DNA of 64,000 bases from an uncultured Candidatus Saccharibacteria bacterium (lineage in GTDB: Bacteria; Patescibacteriota; Saccharimonadia; CAILAD01; JADZBC01): NCBI GenBank assembly GCA_964436255.1, contig CAYTBW010000005.1, positions 6,374 through 70,373 on the forward strand, given 5' to 3'. The notes below the pieces were generated by a model, which had not been told where the DNA came from, made no database searches, and worked only from the letters and a program-made list of their open reading frames with translations. The translations under genes were made by a program, and so were the position numbers. Below, in pieces: positions 46,596 through 57,553 of this stretch. Numbering within the stretch: position 1 is the stretch's first letter; each line of letters begins with the position of its first letter.

Positions 46596-47086
46596 CCTGC
46601 AGCTCACACCCCGACCTTGGAGCCCCTGCCGCTAACCGCGACATTCGAAGATCCTGGACGTGGTTCGAAGTATTCAGAACAGAACGCTCGAGGATTGTCT
46701 GAGTCTGGCCTCCAGGCGAGTCCCGCAGAGCACTTCTGTTTGAGTACGAAGAAGCACCACCAAGAGATGAGCCCCATGTCGCAAGGGCTTTAGGTTCTTT
46801 TGGCCCATTCAAAAGAACGAATGACTTAGTGAAATATGGTTTTATGCTTATAATGCCCTTTTGAAAGACCCAAAAGGGCGAAAAGGTCTTCCGACCACGG
46901 GTTCGCATCTAGGTGCGTTCGTTCACTCATGAGACTAGAATGCCCAAGCCCACTGCGAGTTTGAGGACTCTCGTGGTTCACTCTTTCTGGTTCATGAGCT
47001 CCTCACTACCTGATGCTCCAAGGTCGGGCCTAGTGGCAAGAAGCTGGTACATATAATCAATGTGAAAGCATCAAAGTTAAGTTACA
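46596..47086. ncRNA. Possible small RNA in long convergent intergenic region (unclassified)
   Basis: ~490 bp with no credible ORF in a compact genome; two perfect 9-bp hairpins (GTTCTTTTG..CAAAAGAAC; GCCCTTTTG..CAAAAGGGC) and further paired segments; tmRNA/RNase P/SRP signatures not recognised. Confidence 0.2.
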
Positions 47087-47521
47087 TTAAACGAGGCGGG
47101 AGGGGTCTTTGCTATCTGTTGGCGGGTGGTCAGCTAGGTAGCGCATAGTGGCAGTAATACTTAGTGGGCGAATGCTTTTAACCACGATATCAATAATCTC
47201 ATCCCGGTGGAGGAGGGGTTTTTGCATAGCCTGCAGCTTGTGCTCGATGGTGGCTGTGATGTTGTCGATATTCTGATCATCACCCAGCTTGCTTCCTACG
47301 AATGCCATATACACGCTGCTGAACAAGCGGGCTCGGCTATAGGGGAGTACGGCGTCGCTGCGTTGTTTAACGTCCAAAAAGCCTAAGTCATACGCCTCAT
47401 ACGTGGTAAAGGCGTTCAGGCAACTCTTGCAGCGTCTGCGGCGCCATACTTGGGTGCTGTGGGCGGTACCGCGGCTATTGAACACCTCTGTTTTATTATG
47501 TTGGCAAAATGGGCATAACAT
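47087..47521 (-). CDS. nrdR: Transcriptional repressor NrdR
   Basis: 144 aa; N-terminal zinc ribbon MLCPFCQHNKTEVFNSR...CKSC and ATP-cone. Confidence 0.9.
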   Translation of the reverse strand: MLCPFCQHNKTEVFNSRGTAHSTQVWRRRRCKSCLNAFTTYEAYDLGFLDVKQRSDAVLPYSRARLFSSVYMAFVGSKLGDDQNIDNITATIEHKLQAMQKPLLHRDEIIDIVVKSIRPLSITATMRYLADHPPTDSKDPSRLV

Positions 47522-47634
47522 GACTATATGTTGTCATATGACTATAAAAATAACAAGTGGAAAAGTCTTTTTGGGTGGGGAAAAGTGAATAAATATTGTG
47601 TTTTAAGGTGTTGTAGAAAGTGTGCAGAAAGGGT

Positions 47635-47664
47635 TTGCATACTTAAGACGCTTAAGGTTATAAT
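47635..47664 (+). promoter_or_regulatory. Promoter TTGCAT-17-(T)TATAAT for first giant surface-protein gene
   Basis: Near-consensus; places transcription start downstream of track ORF start 47528, supporting ATG 47720. Confidence 0.5.
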
Positions 47665-47719
47665 GAGCCTATATATAACGCTTAAGGTAAGTGCCAGGAA
47701 AAAGACTCCGCACAAAGAG

Positions 47720-50700
47720 ATGGTGAAACCAAAATCAAATCAAACTAGTTTCAAGCGTGTTATTACCTTCTTGCCCAAGAAGGCTCTTCGCGTTGTGCGC
47801 AAAGCCCACCACCACGCCATCACGAAACCTCACACCCACCTGATGAACAAGGGAAAGGTCTACGCTACCTGGCATACAAAAAAGCACCACCACAAAGTTC
47901 ACCTAGGTATAGCTAGTGTATGGGCCATGATTGCCATCGTAGGCGCCCTAGGGCTTACTAACATTGCCAAAGCCTATGACACCTTCACTCAATCTGATTG
48001 GAGCGGTGGGGTTGGAAGCTCAACCACTGACCAGTACTTATATAAGGATAATATTGTTGTTTCTAACGCTGGCGAACTGTCACTTGACTCCACGGTTATA
48101 TCTAATTGGTGCAGTACGGCGAATTGCGATAACAACTGGACTAAGCGCAAAAAGATAGAAATAAGCAATCAGGGCGTGGAAAGAACTGACTATCAGGTTG
48201 AGTTCACAGTATTCGACACTGGTGCCGACATGGATCCGTATTTCCACACCCTACGCTTTACAAACGAAGCTGGCGACACAGATCTCCCATTTACATTCCG
48301 TAATGTTAATGAGGATGTTTCAGCTAAAGTAATGGTAAAGCTGCCGATCTTGTACGGGGCGACTACAACTAGTGTGTATGTGTACTACGGTAACTTGACC
48401 GCAGGCAGCGCGGAAAACTCAAATGCAGTTTATGACTGGTACGACACCTTTAATGGCTCGGCTGGCCAGCTTGACCCTGCCAAATGGCAGGACGTGGCTA
48501 CTGCTGAGGCCAATGGGGTCACGCTGGATGGAAGTGACAACCTAACCGCTGACGGGAGCACTGCCTCAGGCATTAACCTTATGCCAGTTAATAGCGCGAT
48601 TGACCGAAGCGACCCTGCTGTGTATGAAATAAAGCACCTAGGTGTGCAGGCTATTGGTAACAACGCCACCTGCAATGTCGACAATCAATCTTGGTTTGGC
48701 CCAAAGGTGGTTGGGTCGGATGGGCCCGACCAAGATGATTATGGAATCACGTTAGGTTGCAACGAGGGGCAAAATACCTACACTATTAGTGCCTACAGCG
48801 CCGCCGGCGGCAATAGTTGGGCTGGGTCTTATCCTGTGCCTCTTTCTGATAGAAACTTCGGTTCGGGTGGTTTCGGATACAAAGTAGGCTTAAGTGGCGG
48901 GGCGCCCGTGTTGCAGTACTCTACAAGTGGTGGCTCCAGCGGGGCTGACTGGACAGATTTCGAATCAAGCGTGTATCAAATTGGGTCAGTTCCATCTCTA
49001 AACTTCTTTATCACAGCGAGTCCGGGGTCACAGTTCACGATAGATAGTATGTATCGATATAAGGCAGGCGCTAACTACGGTGCCAATGTTGGCTTAGAAG
49101 AATCAATTGGGGGGAGTGTCGGTACTATATCCTCCGCTGCTTTTGACTTAGGCGGCGTTGATTTGGAATCGTGGGCGATAGGTGCTGTTCATTTAACAAC
49201 GTCTGGTAGTGGGGGTAGAGCAGCCCTCAAGGTATATCGCAGCTACGGTGCGGCTGGGCCGTCTGACTTCCTGTATTGTCCAATCGCTCTTGACGGCGAA
49301 ACGCCATCAACCGGTACGGCAGACTGTTTGCTGAATGGGCACGGTGATGGCGCTACATACTTATACTATCAGGTAGTCATGAGCGGGGATGCGGGGAATG
49401 ATTTCAAGGTAGAGGAGGTTAGTCTCGACTACCTTCTGGACGTGACTCCGCCAACTAATCCAACCACTCTTACGATGGCCGAGGGCCCAGGTGGGCAGGC
49501 CATTAGCAATGGCGGTTTTACGAATTTGCGCACAATACCCACTGAGCTAGGTGGGCAGGTCGGTAAGCCTTACTTCGAGTGGAGCGGGGCAGCAGACAAC
49601 GTTGGTGGAGCTGGGGTACTCGGCTACTGCATATACTTTGGTACCGATAATAGCGCCGACCCGCTAACGAGCAAGGGCGCAATTACAGATAATAGCCCGC
49701 TCGATACAAACGGGACTTGCCCCTACGCTATAACTGGCACCAGTTTGGACTTTGCGAATGTCACAACGTCAATTGACCTGACTCAGTTTGCGATTAACGA
49801 TGCTAACTACTACTTACGTATTCGTACACTCGATGCCGTATACAACCCAAGCGTTGCTACAGAGCAGTTTGAGTTCAAGCTAGACTCCACGTACCCCGGG
49901 ATGTTCAGCCCCGTGATATCCGCTGCAACCAGGCAAGGCCCTGAGGTAGAGATCACTTGGCCTACTACGCTTGGGGGTATGTTGCCATTACCGACAGACA
50001 ATGCTTCGGAATTATTTGGCGGGGGCCCTGGCAACCCAAGTGGCGTAGCGGGGATCGCTTGGTGCTCCTCCGACACAGCAGGAGCATTTGCTGGCCACTG
50101 CATGTCTGATCCTAATGCCCCGGTTTGGCACGGAGCGAACGGGTCTGCTGCTGGTAGCTTCCTAGATATGATTAACGGTAACTTTACTTTTGCAGATGCT
50201 TCTGCTGGACAGCTCATTGCAGACCTGAGCGAGGAGCCCACTACTGACTTTAACGGCCCGAACACTATGTATATCGCTGTATTCGACAACGCTGGGAACT
50301 TTACTAACATGCCGGCCAGTGGCTTTAATGTAGGCAATAACAAGTTCGTCGTCTTCAACAACACCCCGCCATCTGCCCCACAGAACTTGGCTGCTACGCC
50401 AACCACTAACACTGCCAACAGCTTTGCCTTCAGCTGGGATGCTCCGAGCGACCTCGTAGGCCTGACCCAGAACGCTAACTACTGCTGGAGTGTAAACGTT
50501 CTGCCAAACGCCAACAATTGTACCTATGCCGGAGTAGGGGTAGAGAACCTAAGCGCTGACGCTTACGCTACTCAGCCAGGTCTCAACACGATGTATGTGG
50601 TAGCCAAAGACGAAGCTGGCAACATAGACTACGCTAACTATGCATCTACTACCTTTACCGCTAACACCTCAGCTCCTGGCGCTCCGCGCAACCTCGAAGT

Positions 50701-52189
50701 CATTGACGCCTCTAACAAGGCCACCAGCACTTGGAAGCTGGCTCTAAGCTGGGATATCCCACTCTTAGCTGGTTCGGGCATAGATAAGTACAAGATCTTC
50801 CGTAGCCAAGACGACATTACCTACACCGAGATTGGTTCTACTACTGCCACTAGCTTCGTAGATGCTGGCCTCAGCCAAGTAGAGTACTTCTACAAGATTA
50901 AAGCCTGTGACAATGCCAATAACTGTGGTCTCTACAGCGACATGGATTCACTCCTACCAACTGGCCGCTACACTGACCCTGCCAACTTAGTGTCTGGACC
51001 TCAAGTTGTGAACATTAAGACGAGGAGTGCTGGCATCCAGTGGAGTACTGACCGCGTAAGTGACACCAAGGTAGCGTATGGTACCAGCAGCAACAACTAC
51101 CAAGCTGCTCAAGCCTACCAAGCTGCTCAAGTGACCAGCCACAGCATAGAGCTCAGCAACCTCCAGCCCGGAACTACCTATTACTACCGAGCCCGCTGGA
51201 CCGACGATGACGGTAATACTGGCCAGTCTGCTGAACTCCAGTTCAAGACCCAACCAGCTCCAGTAGTGAGTGACGCTACCATTAGTAACATTAACCTCAG
51301 CAGTGCTACCCTTGGCTTTACCACCCAAGCAGCCGTCAAAGCCAAGATCTACTACGGTACCTCTACCGCCTTTGGCTCACTCGTAACCGTAAACACTTCA
51401 ACTGACCTATCTACCTACACCACACAGCTTAGTGACTTAGCTGATGGTACCAAGTACTACTACCGCATTAACACGGTAGACAGCTCCGGGTATGAATATG
51501 ATGGTAGTGTAGCAAGTTTTACAACGATAGCTCGCCCGCGCATTAGCAATTTACGCTTCCAGACAGTCGAAGGCGAACCATCCTCGACGCAAAAGATTAC
51601 CTGGACCACCAATGTGCCGGCCAGTAGTGAAGTCGTATTCGGCCCAGTAGGTTTGCCACAGGCCAGTGTGAGCGAAGGTGGCGACTTGCGCACAGAGCAC
51701 GAAGTAACGGTGCGCGAGTTGCTGGATGACACTACATATAGCTTGATCGCCCGCTCCCGCGACGCCCTGGGTAACGTAGCCACCAGTGACCCTCAAGAGT
51801 TCCGTACTGCTCTAGACACCCGTGCCCCTAAAGCCTTCGACATTAACACCGAATCTAGTATTCGTGGTACGGGTGCTGAAGCTCGTGGACAAATCATCGT
51901 AACGTGGAAGACGGACGAACCATCTACCAGCCAAGTAAGCTATGGCGTAGGTGCAGGGTCCTCTGCTAGCACCAAGACGGCCGAAGACGCTCGACTAACC
52001 ACTGACCACATTGTGATCATCTCTGACCTATCTACCTCGAGCGTATACAACGTGCAAGCTATCTCTGCTGACAAGGCTGGCAACAAGGTAGTTTCTACCG
52101 ACCAGTCTGTAGTAGTAGGTAGGGGAACAGACAACATCTTTAGCATCATCTTCGGCGCCTTACAGAAGATATTCGGGTTGGAGTTGTAG
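47720..52189 (+). CDS. Giant FN3-repeat cell-surface protein (paralog 1)
   Basis: ~1489 aa from ATG 47720 (track start 47528 lies upstream of promoter); His-rich N-terminus + TM (IASVWAMIAIVGALGL), multiple fibronectin-III-like repeats, conserved C-terminal anchor-like tail (IFSIIFGALQKIFGLEL). Confidence 0.8.
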   Translation: MVKPKSNQTSFKRVITFLPKKALRVVRKAHHHAITKPHTHLMNKGKVYATWHTKKHHHKVHLGIASVWAMIAIVGALGLTNIAKAYDTFTQSDWSGGVGSSTTDQYLYKDNIVVSNAGELSLDSTVISNWCSTANCDNNWTKRKKIEISNQGVERTDYQVEFTVFDTGADMDPYFHTLRFTNEAGDTDLPFTFRNVNEDVSAKVMVKLPILYGATTTSVYVYYGNLTAGSAENSNAVYDWYDTFNGSAGQLDPAKWQDVATAEANGVTLDGSDNLTADGSTASGINLMPVNSAIDRSDPAVYEIKHLGVQAIGNNATCNVDNQSWFGPKVVGSDGPDQDDYGITLGCNEGQNTYTISAYSAAGGNSWAGSYPVPLSDRNFGSGGFGYKVGLSGGAPVLQYSTSGGSSGADWTDFESSVYQIGSVPSLNFFITASPGSQFTIDSMYRYKAGANYGANVGLEESIGGSVGTISSAAFDLGGVDLESWAIGAVHLTTSGSGGRAALKVYRSYGAAGPSDFLYCPIALDGETPSTGTADCLLNGHGDGATYLYYQVVMSGDAGNDFKVEEVSLDYLLDVTPPTNPTTLTMAEGPGGQAISNGGFTNLRTIPTELGGQVGKPYFEWSGAADNVGGAGVLGYCIYFGTDNSADPLTSKGAITDNSPLDTNGTCPYAITGTSLDFANVTTSIDLTQFAINDANYYLRIRTLDAVYNPSVATEQFEFKLDSTYPGMFSPVISAATRQGPEVEITWPTTLGGMLPLPTDNASELFGGGPGNPSGVAGIAWCSSDTAGAFAGHCMSDPNAPVWHGANGSAAGSFLDMINGNFTFADASAGQLIADLSEEPTTDFNGPNTMYIAVFDNAGNFTNMPASGFNVGNNKFVVFNNTPPSAPQNLAATPTTNTANSFAFSWDAPSDLVGLTQNANYCWSVNVLPNANNCTYAGVGVENLSADAYATQPGLNTMYVVAKDEAGNIDYANYASTTFTANTSAPGAPRNLEVIDASNKATSTWKLALSWDIPLLAGSGIDKYKIFRSQDDITYTEIGSTTATSFVDAGLSQVEYFYKIKACDNANNCGLYSDMDSLLPTGRYTDPANLVSGPQVVNIKTRSAGIQWSTDRVSDTKVAYGTSSNNYQAAQAYQAAQVTSHSIELSNLQPGTTYYYRARWTDDDGNTGQSAELQFKTQPAPVVSDATISNINLSSATLGFTTQAAVKAKIYYGTSTAFGSLVTVNTSTDLSTYTTQLSDLADGTKYYYRINTVDSSGYEYDGSVASFTTIARPRISNLRFQTVEGEPSSTQKITWTTNVPASSEVVFGPVGLPQASVSEGGDLRTEHEVTVRELLDDTTYSLIARSRDALGNVATSDPQEFRTALDTRAPKAFDINTESSIRGTGAEARGQIIVTWKTDEPSTSQVSYGVGAGSSASTKTAEDARLTTDHIVIISDLSTSSVYNVQAISADKAGNKVVSTDQSVVVGRGTDNIFSIIFGALQKIFGLEL

Positions 52190-52284
52190 GGGATGAGGGT
52201 AAAAACACACATGACTACATTATTTGCTCACTACCAACTGGTTGCTGATTTAGCCTCGAATCCGTACAATGGTAGGAACCGCTT

Positions 52285-55200
52285 ATGCTAAAACACATAA
52301 CAACAACAGCCAAGAAAGTTCATCACCACACGGTCGGTAAACCCCATGCCCACCTGATGGCCAAGGGTAAGGCGTACGCTACGTGGCATACCAAAAAGCA
52401 TCACCATAAGGTCCACCTAGGCATAGCTAGTGTCTGGGCTATGATAGCCATTGTAGGTGCACTTGGGCTTAGCAACGTAGCTAAAGCAATCGATACCTTT
52501 ACTCAGTCCGACTGGAGTGGCGGGGTAGGCACCTCGACTGTCGATGAGTATTTCAACCAAAGTGGAAATATAGATGCTTCTGTATCGGGAGAACTCAGCT
52601 TGGACGCACTGGCACCTACAATCTCAGATTGGTGTAGCACCGCGAATTGTGACAACAACTGGACCAAACGAAAGCAGATATTCTTCCAGAACAACGGCGG
52701 AGCTCGGACTGATTATCAGGTGTATCTTGCTATACCATATGACGCCGCAATGCGGGCGGATTTTGGCGACTTGAGGTTTACAAACGCAGCCGGTGATACA
52801 GACTTGCCATACTATATCGACCATGTTTCAAATGGCGTATCCGCGCGCGTGTACGTTAAGACCGATATAGGTGCCGGCGGCAACTTCATTAGAATGTATT
52901 ATGGTAATGGCGCAGCCTCTGGCCAAAGTGACGGGGAAGCTACCATGGACTTCTTCGATGAATTTGATGGTACAGGTACTCTTGACCCAACGAAGTGGGA
53001 CAATGTAAACGACCTTGCAACTGCAGGCGTTGGCTTGAGCGGCGATGGGGCAATGGTAGTAAATAGCACGACTACAAACGGCATCAACATCATCCCAAGT
53101 AGTGGTAGAGCTTCAGTTCTTCGCAATGACCCGGCAGTTTTTGACTTTGGCCTTCAGGTGAACTCCATGGGGAATAACGGCGACTGTAACGGGAGTGATA
53201 TTAGCCCCAATATGTGGACTAACAGTAACGGCATTGATAATTACACAGTCGGCTTTAGTTGCCAAAACAATGGGGGCTCCTATAGTGTCTACTCCCATGC
53301 CAGCACAGCCGACAGTGGTGATGGGGGGTACCCCGGTGCTGGGATGGATAACCAGCCGCTTGGTCAATTTCCCGTAAAATACCGGGTTGGGCTTGATGGC
53401 GCTAATGGTATAGCCGCTTATAATAACAACTATCACCTTGGGGACTGGGTAGACTTACTGGGTGCTAATAATAAGGCTGGCTCGCAATCGCCACTTAACT
53501 TTAGTTTTTACTTTAATGGTATCGGGACGGGCTTCAGGGTCGATAAGGTTGCCCGCCACAAGTCGGGCGCAGATCTGAGCACGCCATTGTTTGGTATCAC
53601 GGAGTTCGTGGGCGGCCGCTCTGGCTGGCTTACCTCTGCAACATTTGACACCGGCACTACGGAGTATAAGCTGTTCAATAACGTGCATATCGTCAGTAGC
53701 GGCTCTGGCGGCGAGGCTATGGTCCAGCCAAGGTTTGTTTCGAGTGCCAGTGATAACTCAAGCTATGATAACGCGTGCTCGTTCCTATACGATGGCACAG
53801 CCCCGAGTGTTTGTAATAACGGGGCTGAGCAGTACCTTAAGTATGCTGTGTTCATCTCCGCCGAGGATGGCAGCAACTTCAAGGTTGAAGACATTAGTAT
53901 TGACTATACGGTAGACGGAACTGCCCCTACAAACCCAACAATCACTATGGCAGAAGGCTCGGGTGGCCAGGCAATCCCTAACGGCGGCTGGACGAACCTG
54001 CTAGCGATGCCGAGTACCCCAGGTGGCACCTTCGGCCAGACTACGTACAGTAAGCCTTACTTCGAGTGGAGTGGGGCGGCAGATAACGTCGGCGGATCTG
54101 GTGTATTGGGCTATTGTATATACTTTGGCAGGGATGACAGCGCCGACCCACTTGTGACGAAGGGGAGTATAACTACTTCAAGCCCGCTTGATACGAATGG
54201 GGCTTGCCCATATGCGATTGCCGGAACGAGCCTAGACCTGACCGGGCTTGGCACTGTAATGGACAACATCCAATACAATGGTGCAAGCGACGCCAATTAC
54301 TACCTGCGCATCCGAACGATCGACGCCGTATATAACCCAAGTGTGGATACCGAGCAGTTCGAGTTTAAGCTGGATACGGTGTCGCCGCTGGGCTTCACAG
54401 CGGTCGTTCCCGGGGCGACGGTTAGCGGGACGGCAATGAGGATAACCTGGCCTACGAGTGTTGATGTTCTTGGTAACGTATTGACGATTCCTGCCGATAA
54501 CTTGCAGAGTCTATTTGGGGGCCCGCCAGGCAACCCAAGTGACATCGCCGGCATAGCTTATTGTGTTGCAGATATCCCGCATACTTTTGCTGGACATTGC
54601 GTAGGTGGTTCGCAGGACGCGAGCTGGTATAAGGCCAACGGCGAAGCCCCGGTAACACTTCAGCAACTCCTTACTTCGACGCAGACAGGCCTGATACCGG
54701 CCACCTCAGGAGAGTACTTTGCTGATCTGAGCACCAACCCCGCCGTAGACTTTAATGGGCTGAACATTATCCAAATCATGCTCTTCGACAACGCTGGAAA
54801 CATAACCAACACGTTCGCTTCTGGCTATGACCCTTCTTCGGCAACGTTCGTCGTCTTCAACAACACCCCGCCATCTGCCCCACAGAACCTGGTAGCCACA
54901 CCAACTACCAACAACGCCAATAGCTTTGCCTTCAGCTGGGATGCTCCAAGTGACCTCGTAGGCCTCACCCAGAACGCCAACTACTGCTGGAGTGCTAATG
55001 TACTGCCAGATGCTAACAACTGTACCTTCGCCGGGGTAGGGGTGGAGAGCTTGAGCGCTGACGCCTACGCCACTCAGCCAGGCTTAAACACCATGTACGT
55101 TGTAGCTAAAGATGAAGCCGGCAACATAGACTACGCTAACTACGCCAGTGCTACCTTCACTGCCAACACCTCAGCTCCTGGCGCCCCACGTAACCTCGAA

Positions 55201-56688
55201 GTCATTGACGCCTCCAACAAGGCCACCAGCACCTGGAAGCTGGCTCTAAGCTGGGATGTACCACTCCTAGCTGGTTCCGGCGTAGACAAGTACAAGATCT
55301 TCCGCTCCGTGGACGACATTACCTACACCGAGATTGGTTCTACTACTGCAACCAGCTTCGTAGATGCTGGCCTCAGCCAAGTAGAGTACTACTACAAAAT
55401 TAAAGCCTGTGACAACGCCAACAACTGTGGACTCTACAGTGACATGGACTCACTCCTACCGACTGGTCGCTACACTGATCCTGCTAACTTGGTCTCTGGC
55501 CCTCAGGTCGTAGACATTAAAACCCGCAGTGCCCGCATCCAGTGGAGTACAGATAGAGTAAGTGACACTAAGGTAGCCTACGGCACCAGTAGTAATAACT
55601 ACCAAGCGGCTCAAGCCTACCAAGCTGCTCAAGTCACCAGCCACAGCATAGAGCTGAGCAACCTCCAGCCCGGTACTACCTACTACTACCGAGCTCGTTG
55701 GACTGATGATGATGGTAACACCGGCCAGTCCGCTGAACTTCAGTTCAAGACCCAACCAGCTCCAGTAGTAAGTGATGCATCCATTAGCAACATTAACCTT
55801 AGTAGTGCCACCCTTGGCTTCACAACCCAAGCAGCAACAAGAGCTAAGATCTACTACGGTACCAGTACTGCCTTCGGTTCACTCGTAACCGTAAACACCT
55901 CAACCGACCTATCTAGCTACACCACGCAGCTTAGCAACTTAGCTGACGGTACCAAGTACTTCTACCGCATTAACACCGTAGACAGCTCAGGTTATGAATA
56001 CGATGGAAGTGTTGCGAGCTTTACAACACTTCCAAGACCAAGGATTGAAAATCTGGTGCGTGCACAAATTGAAGGCGAACCGAGTAGCACACAGAAGATT
56101 ACGTGGACCACCAACGTTCCGGCTAGTAGTGAGGTAGCTTACAGCCCGACCGGAACTCCACAAGAAGTAGCGGTTACGAGTGAACTTAAAACTCAGCACG
56201 AGATGATCATCCGTGGCTTGAGTGACGATACCCAGTACACGTGGATCGCCCGCTCCCGCGACGCCCTGGGCAACGTAGCGGTCAGTGATCCTCAAGAGTT
56301 CCGTACTGCCCTAGACACCCGCCCACCAAAGGCCTTCGACATTAACACCGAATCCAGCATTCGTGGTACTGGTGCTGAAGCCCGTGGACAAATCATCGTT
56401 ACGTGGAAGACCGACGAACCATCTACCTCCCAAGTAAGCTATGGCGTAGGTGCAGGATCCTCTGCCACCACCAAGACAGCTGAAGACGCCAGACTGACCA
56501 CTGACCACATTGTGATCATCTCTGACCTATCTACGTCGAGTGTATACAATGTGCAGGCAATTTCAGCTGACAAGGCCGGTAACAAAGTAGTCTCTACTGA
56601 CCAGTCTGTGGTAGTAGGTAGGGGGACAGACAACATCTTTAGCATCATCTTCGGCGCCTTACAGAAGATATTCGGGGTGGAGTTGTAG
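52285..56688 (+). CDS. Giant FN3-repeat cell-surface protein (paralog 2)
   Basis: 1467 aa; same N-terminal His-rich/TM module; C-terminal ~615 aa nearly identical in protein to paralog 1 with many synonymous nucleotide differences. Confidence 0.85.
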   Translation: MLKHITTTAKKVHHHTVGKPHAHLMAKGKAYATWHTKKHHHKVHLGIASVWAMIAIVGALGLSNVAKAIDTFTQSDWSGGVGTSTVDEYFNQSGNIDASVSGELSLDALAPTISDWCSTANCDNNWTKRKQIFFQNNGGARTDYQVYLAIPYDAAMRADFGDLRFTNAAGDTDLPYYIDHVSNGVSARVYVKTDIGAGGNFIRMYYGNGAASGQSDGEATMDFFDEFDGTGTLDPTKWDNVNDLATAGVGLSGDGAMVVNSTTTNGINIIPSSGRASVLRNDPAVFDFGLQVNSMGNNGDCNGSDISPNMWTNSNGIDNYTVGFSCQNNGGSYSVYSHASTADSGDGGYPGAGMDNQPLGQFPVKYRVGLDGANGIAAYNNNYHLGDWVDLLGANNKAGSQSPLNFSFYFNGIGTGFRVDKVARHKSGADLSTPLFGITEFVGGRSGWLTSATFDTGTTEYKLFNNVHIVSSGSGGEAMVQPRFVSSASDNSSYDNACSFLYDGTAPSVCNNGAEQYLKYAVFISAEDGSNFKVEDISIDYTVDGTAPTNPTITMAEGSGGQAIPNGGWTNLLAMPSTPGGTFGQTTYSKPYFEWSGAADNVGGSGVLGYCIYFGRDDSADPLVTKGSITTSSPLDTNGACPYAIAGTSLDLTGLGTVMDNIQYNGASDANYYLRIRTIDAVYNPSVDTEQFEFKLDTVSPLGFTAVVPGATVSGTAMRITWPTSVDVLGNVLTIPADNLQSLFGGPPGNPSDIAGIAYCVADIPHTFAGHCVGGSQDASWYKANGEAPVTLQQLLTSTQTGLIPATSGEYFADLSTNPAVDFNGLNIIQIMLFDNAGNITNTFASGYDPSSATFVVFNNTPPSAPQNLVATPTTNNANSFAFSWDAPSDLVGLTQNANYCWSANVLPDANNCTFAGVGVESLSADAYATQPGLNTMYVVAKDEAGNIDYANYASATFTANTSAPGAPRNLEVIDASNKATSTWKLALSWDVPLLAGSGVDKYKIFRSVDDITYTEIGSTTATSFVDAGLSQVEYYYKIKACDNANNCGLYSDMDSLLPTGRYTDPANLVSGPQVVDIKTRSARIQWSTDRVSDTKVAYGTSSNNYQAAQAYQAAQVTSHSIELSNLQPGTTYYYRARWTDDDGNTGQSAELQFKTQPAPVVSDASISNINLSSATLGFTTQAATRAKIYYGTSTAFGSLVTVNTSTDLSSYTTQLSNLADGTKYFYRINTVDSSGYEYDGSVASFTTLPRPRIENLVRAQIEGEPSSTQKITWTTNVPASSEVAYSPTGTPQEVAVTSELKTQHEMIIRGLSDDTQYTWIARSRDALGNVAVSDPQEFRTALDTRPPKAFDINTESSIRGTGAEARGQIIVTWKTDEPSTSQVSYGVGAGSSATTKTAEDARLTTDHIVIISDLSTSSVYNVQAISADKAGNKVVSTDQSVVVGRGTDNIFSIIFGALQKIFGVEL

Positions 56689-56749
56689 GGGATGATTAAG
56701 TTGGTCCCAACAAAGTGCTTATGCTACAATAGGGGAAAGAATTGAGGCT

Positions 56750-57553
56750 ATGAACGACGACGTATTAGTAAAATTTGAGAATGTTTCCAAGCAGTTCCAG
56801 CTAGACGATGGGCCGGTTGAGGTATTGCATAACGTGAACTTCACCGTTAAGCGCGGGAGCTTCACAATCATTTATGGACCGTCTGGATCTGGTAAGTCGA
56901 CCTTACTCAACGTATTAACGGGACTGGAGCCGCCTACAACTGGATCGGTCGTGGTCGATGGTCAGCACCTATACACTATGGACGCTGATGAGCGAGCTGG
57001 TTTTCGTGCTCGCCGTATGGGCATGGTGTACCAGACCAATTACTGGGTGAACAGCCTTACCGCAATCGAGAACGTGGCACTGCCACTCTTCCTGACCGGC
57101 CGCACCTACCAGGAAGCAATGGGGGAGGCTAAGGCGAGTATTAGCCGTGTTGGACTGGATAAATATGCCGAGTATCGTCCTAATCTGCTCTCTGGTGGTC
57201 AGCAGCAGCGCATATCTATGGCGCGAGCATCGATCATCAGTCCCATGCTCCTGATCGCAGATGAGCCAACCGGTAACCTGGACTCCAAGAACGGCGATAT
57301 GATCATGGAGTTGGTGCAATCGTTCAAGAGCGACTTCGGTAGCACAATCATCCTGGTTACTCACAACTTAGACTACTTGCCACTTAGTGATTACCGCCTG
57401 TACATCAAAGATGGTGTTGTAACCGAGGAAAAGGGTTCATACAAGGGCCCAAACAAGCCAAAGGACGATGACGTAATGAAGGAATCGAAGCACCCGGCAC
57501 CAGTTTTGGACTTTAACCCCGTAATACCAAATAAGAAGGGCAATACACTATGA
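56750..57553 (+). CDS. ABC transporter ATP-binding protein (FtsE/MacB/LolD-like)
   Basis: 267 aa; Walker A GPSGSGKST, signature LSGGQQQRISMARA, Walker B LLIADEPTGNLD. Confidence 0.9.
   Translation: MNDDVLVKFENVSKQFQLDDGPVEVLHNVNFTVKRGSFTIIYGPSGSGKSTLLNVLTGLEPPTTGSVVVDGQHLYTMDADERAGFRARRMGMVYQTNYWVNSLTAIENVALPLFLTGRTYQEAMGEAKASISRVGLDKYAEYRPNLLSGGQQQRISMARASIISPMLLIADEPTGNLDSKNGDMIMELVQSFKSDFGSTIILVTHNLDYLPLSDYRLYIKDGVVTEEKGSYKGPNKPKDDDVMKESKHPAPVLDFNPVIPNKKGNTL

Noticed and set aside
46561-46908. 115-aa minus-strand ORF in the rplY-nrdR spacer
   Set aside because: It has no RBS and its composition is unlike neighbouring genes. The region is more consistent with structured non-coding sequence.
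47528-47719. Upstream extension (MLSYDYKNNK...) of the first giant protein
   Set aside because: The extension overlaps the nrdR start region and a near-consensus promoter (47635-47664) located inside it. The paralog starts at the equivalent of ATG 47720.
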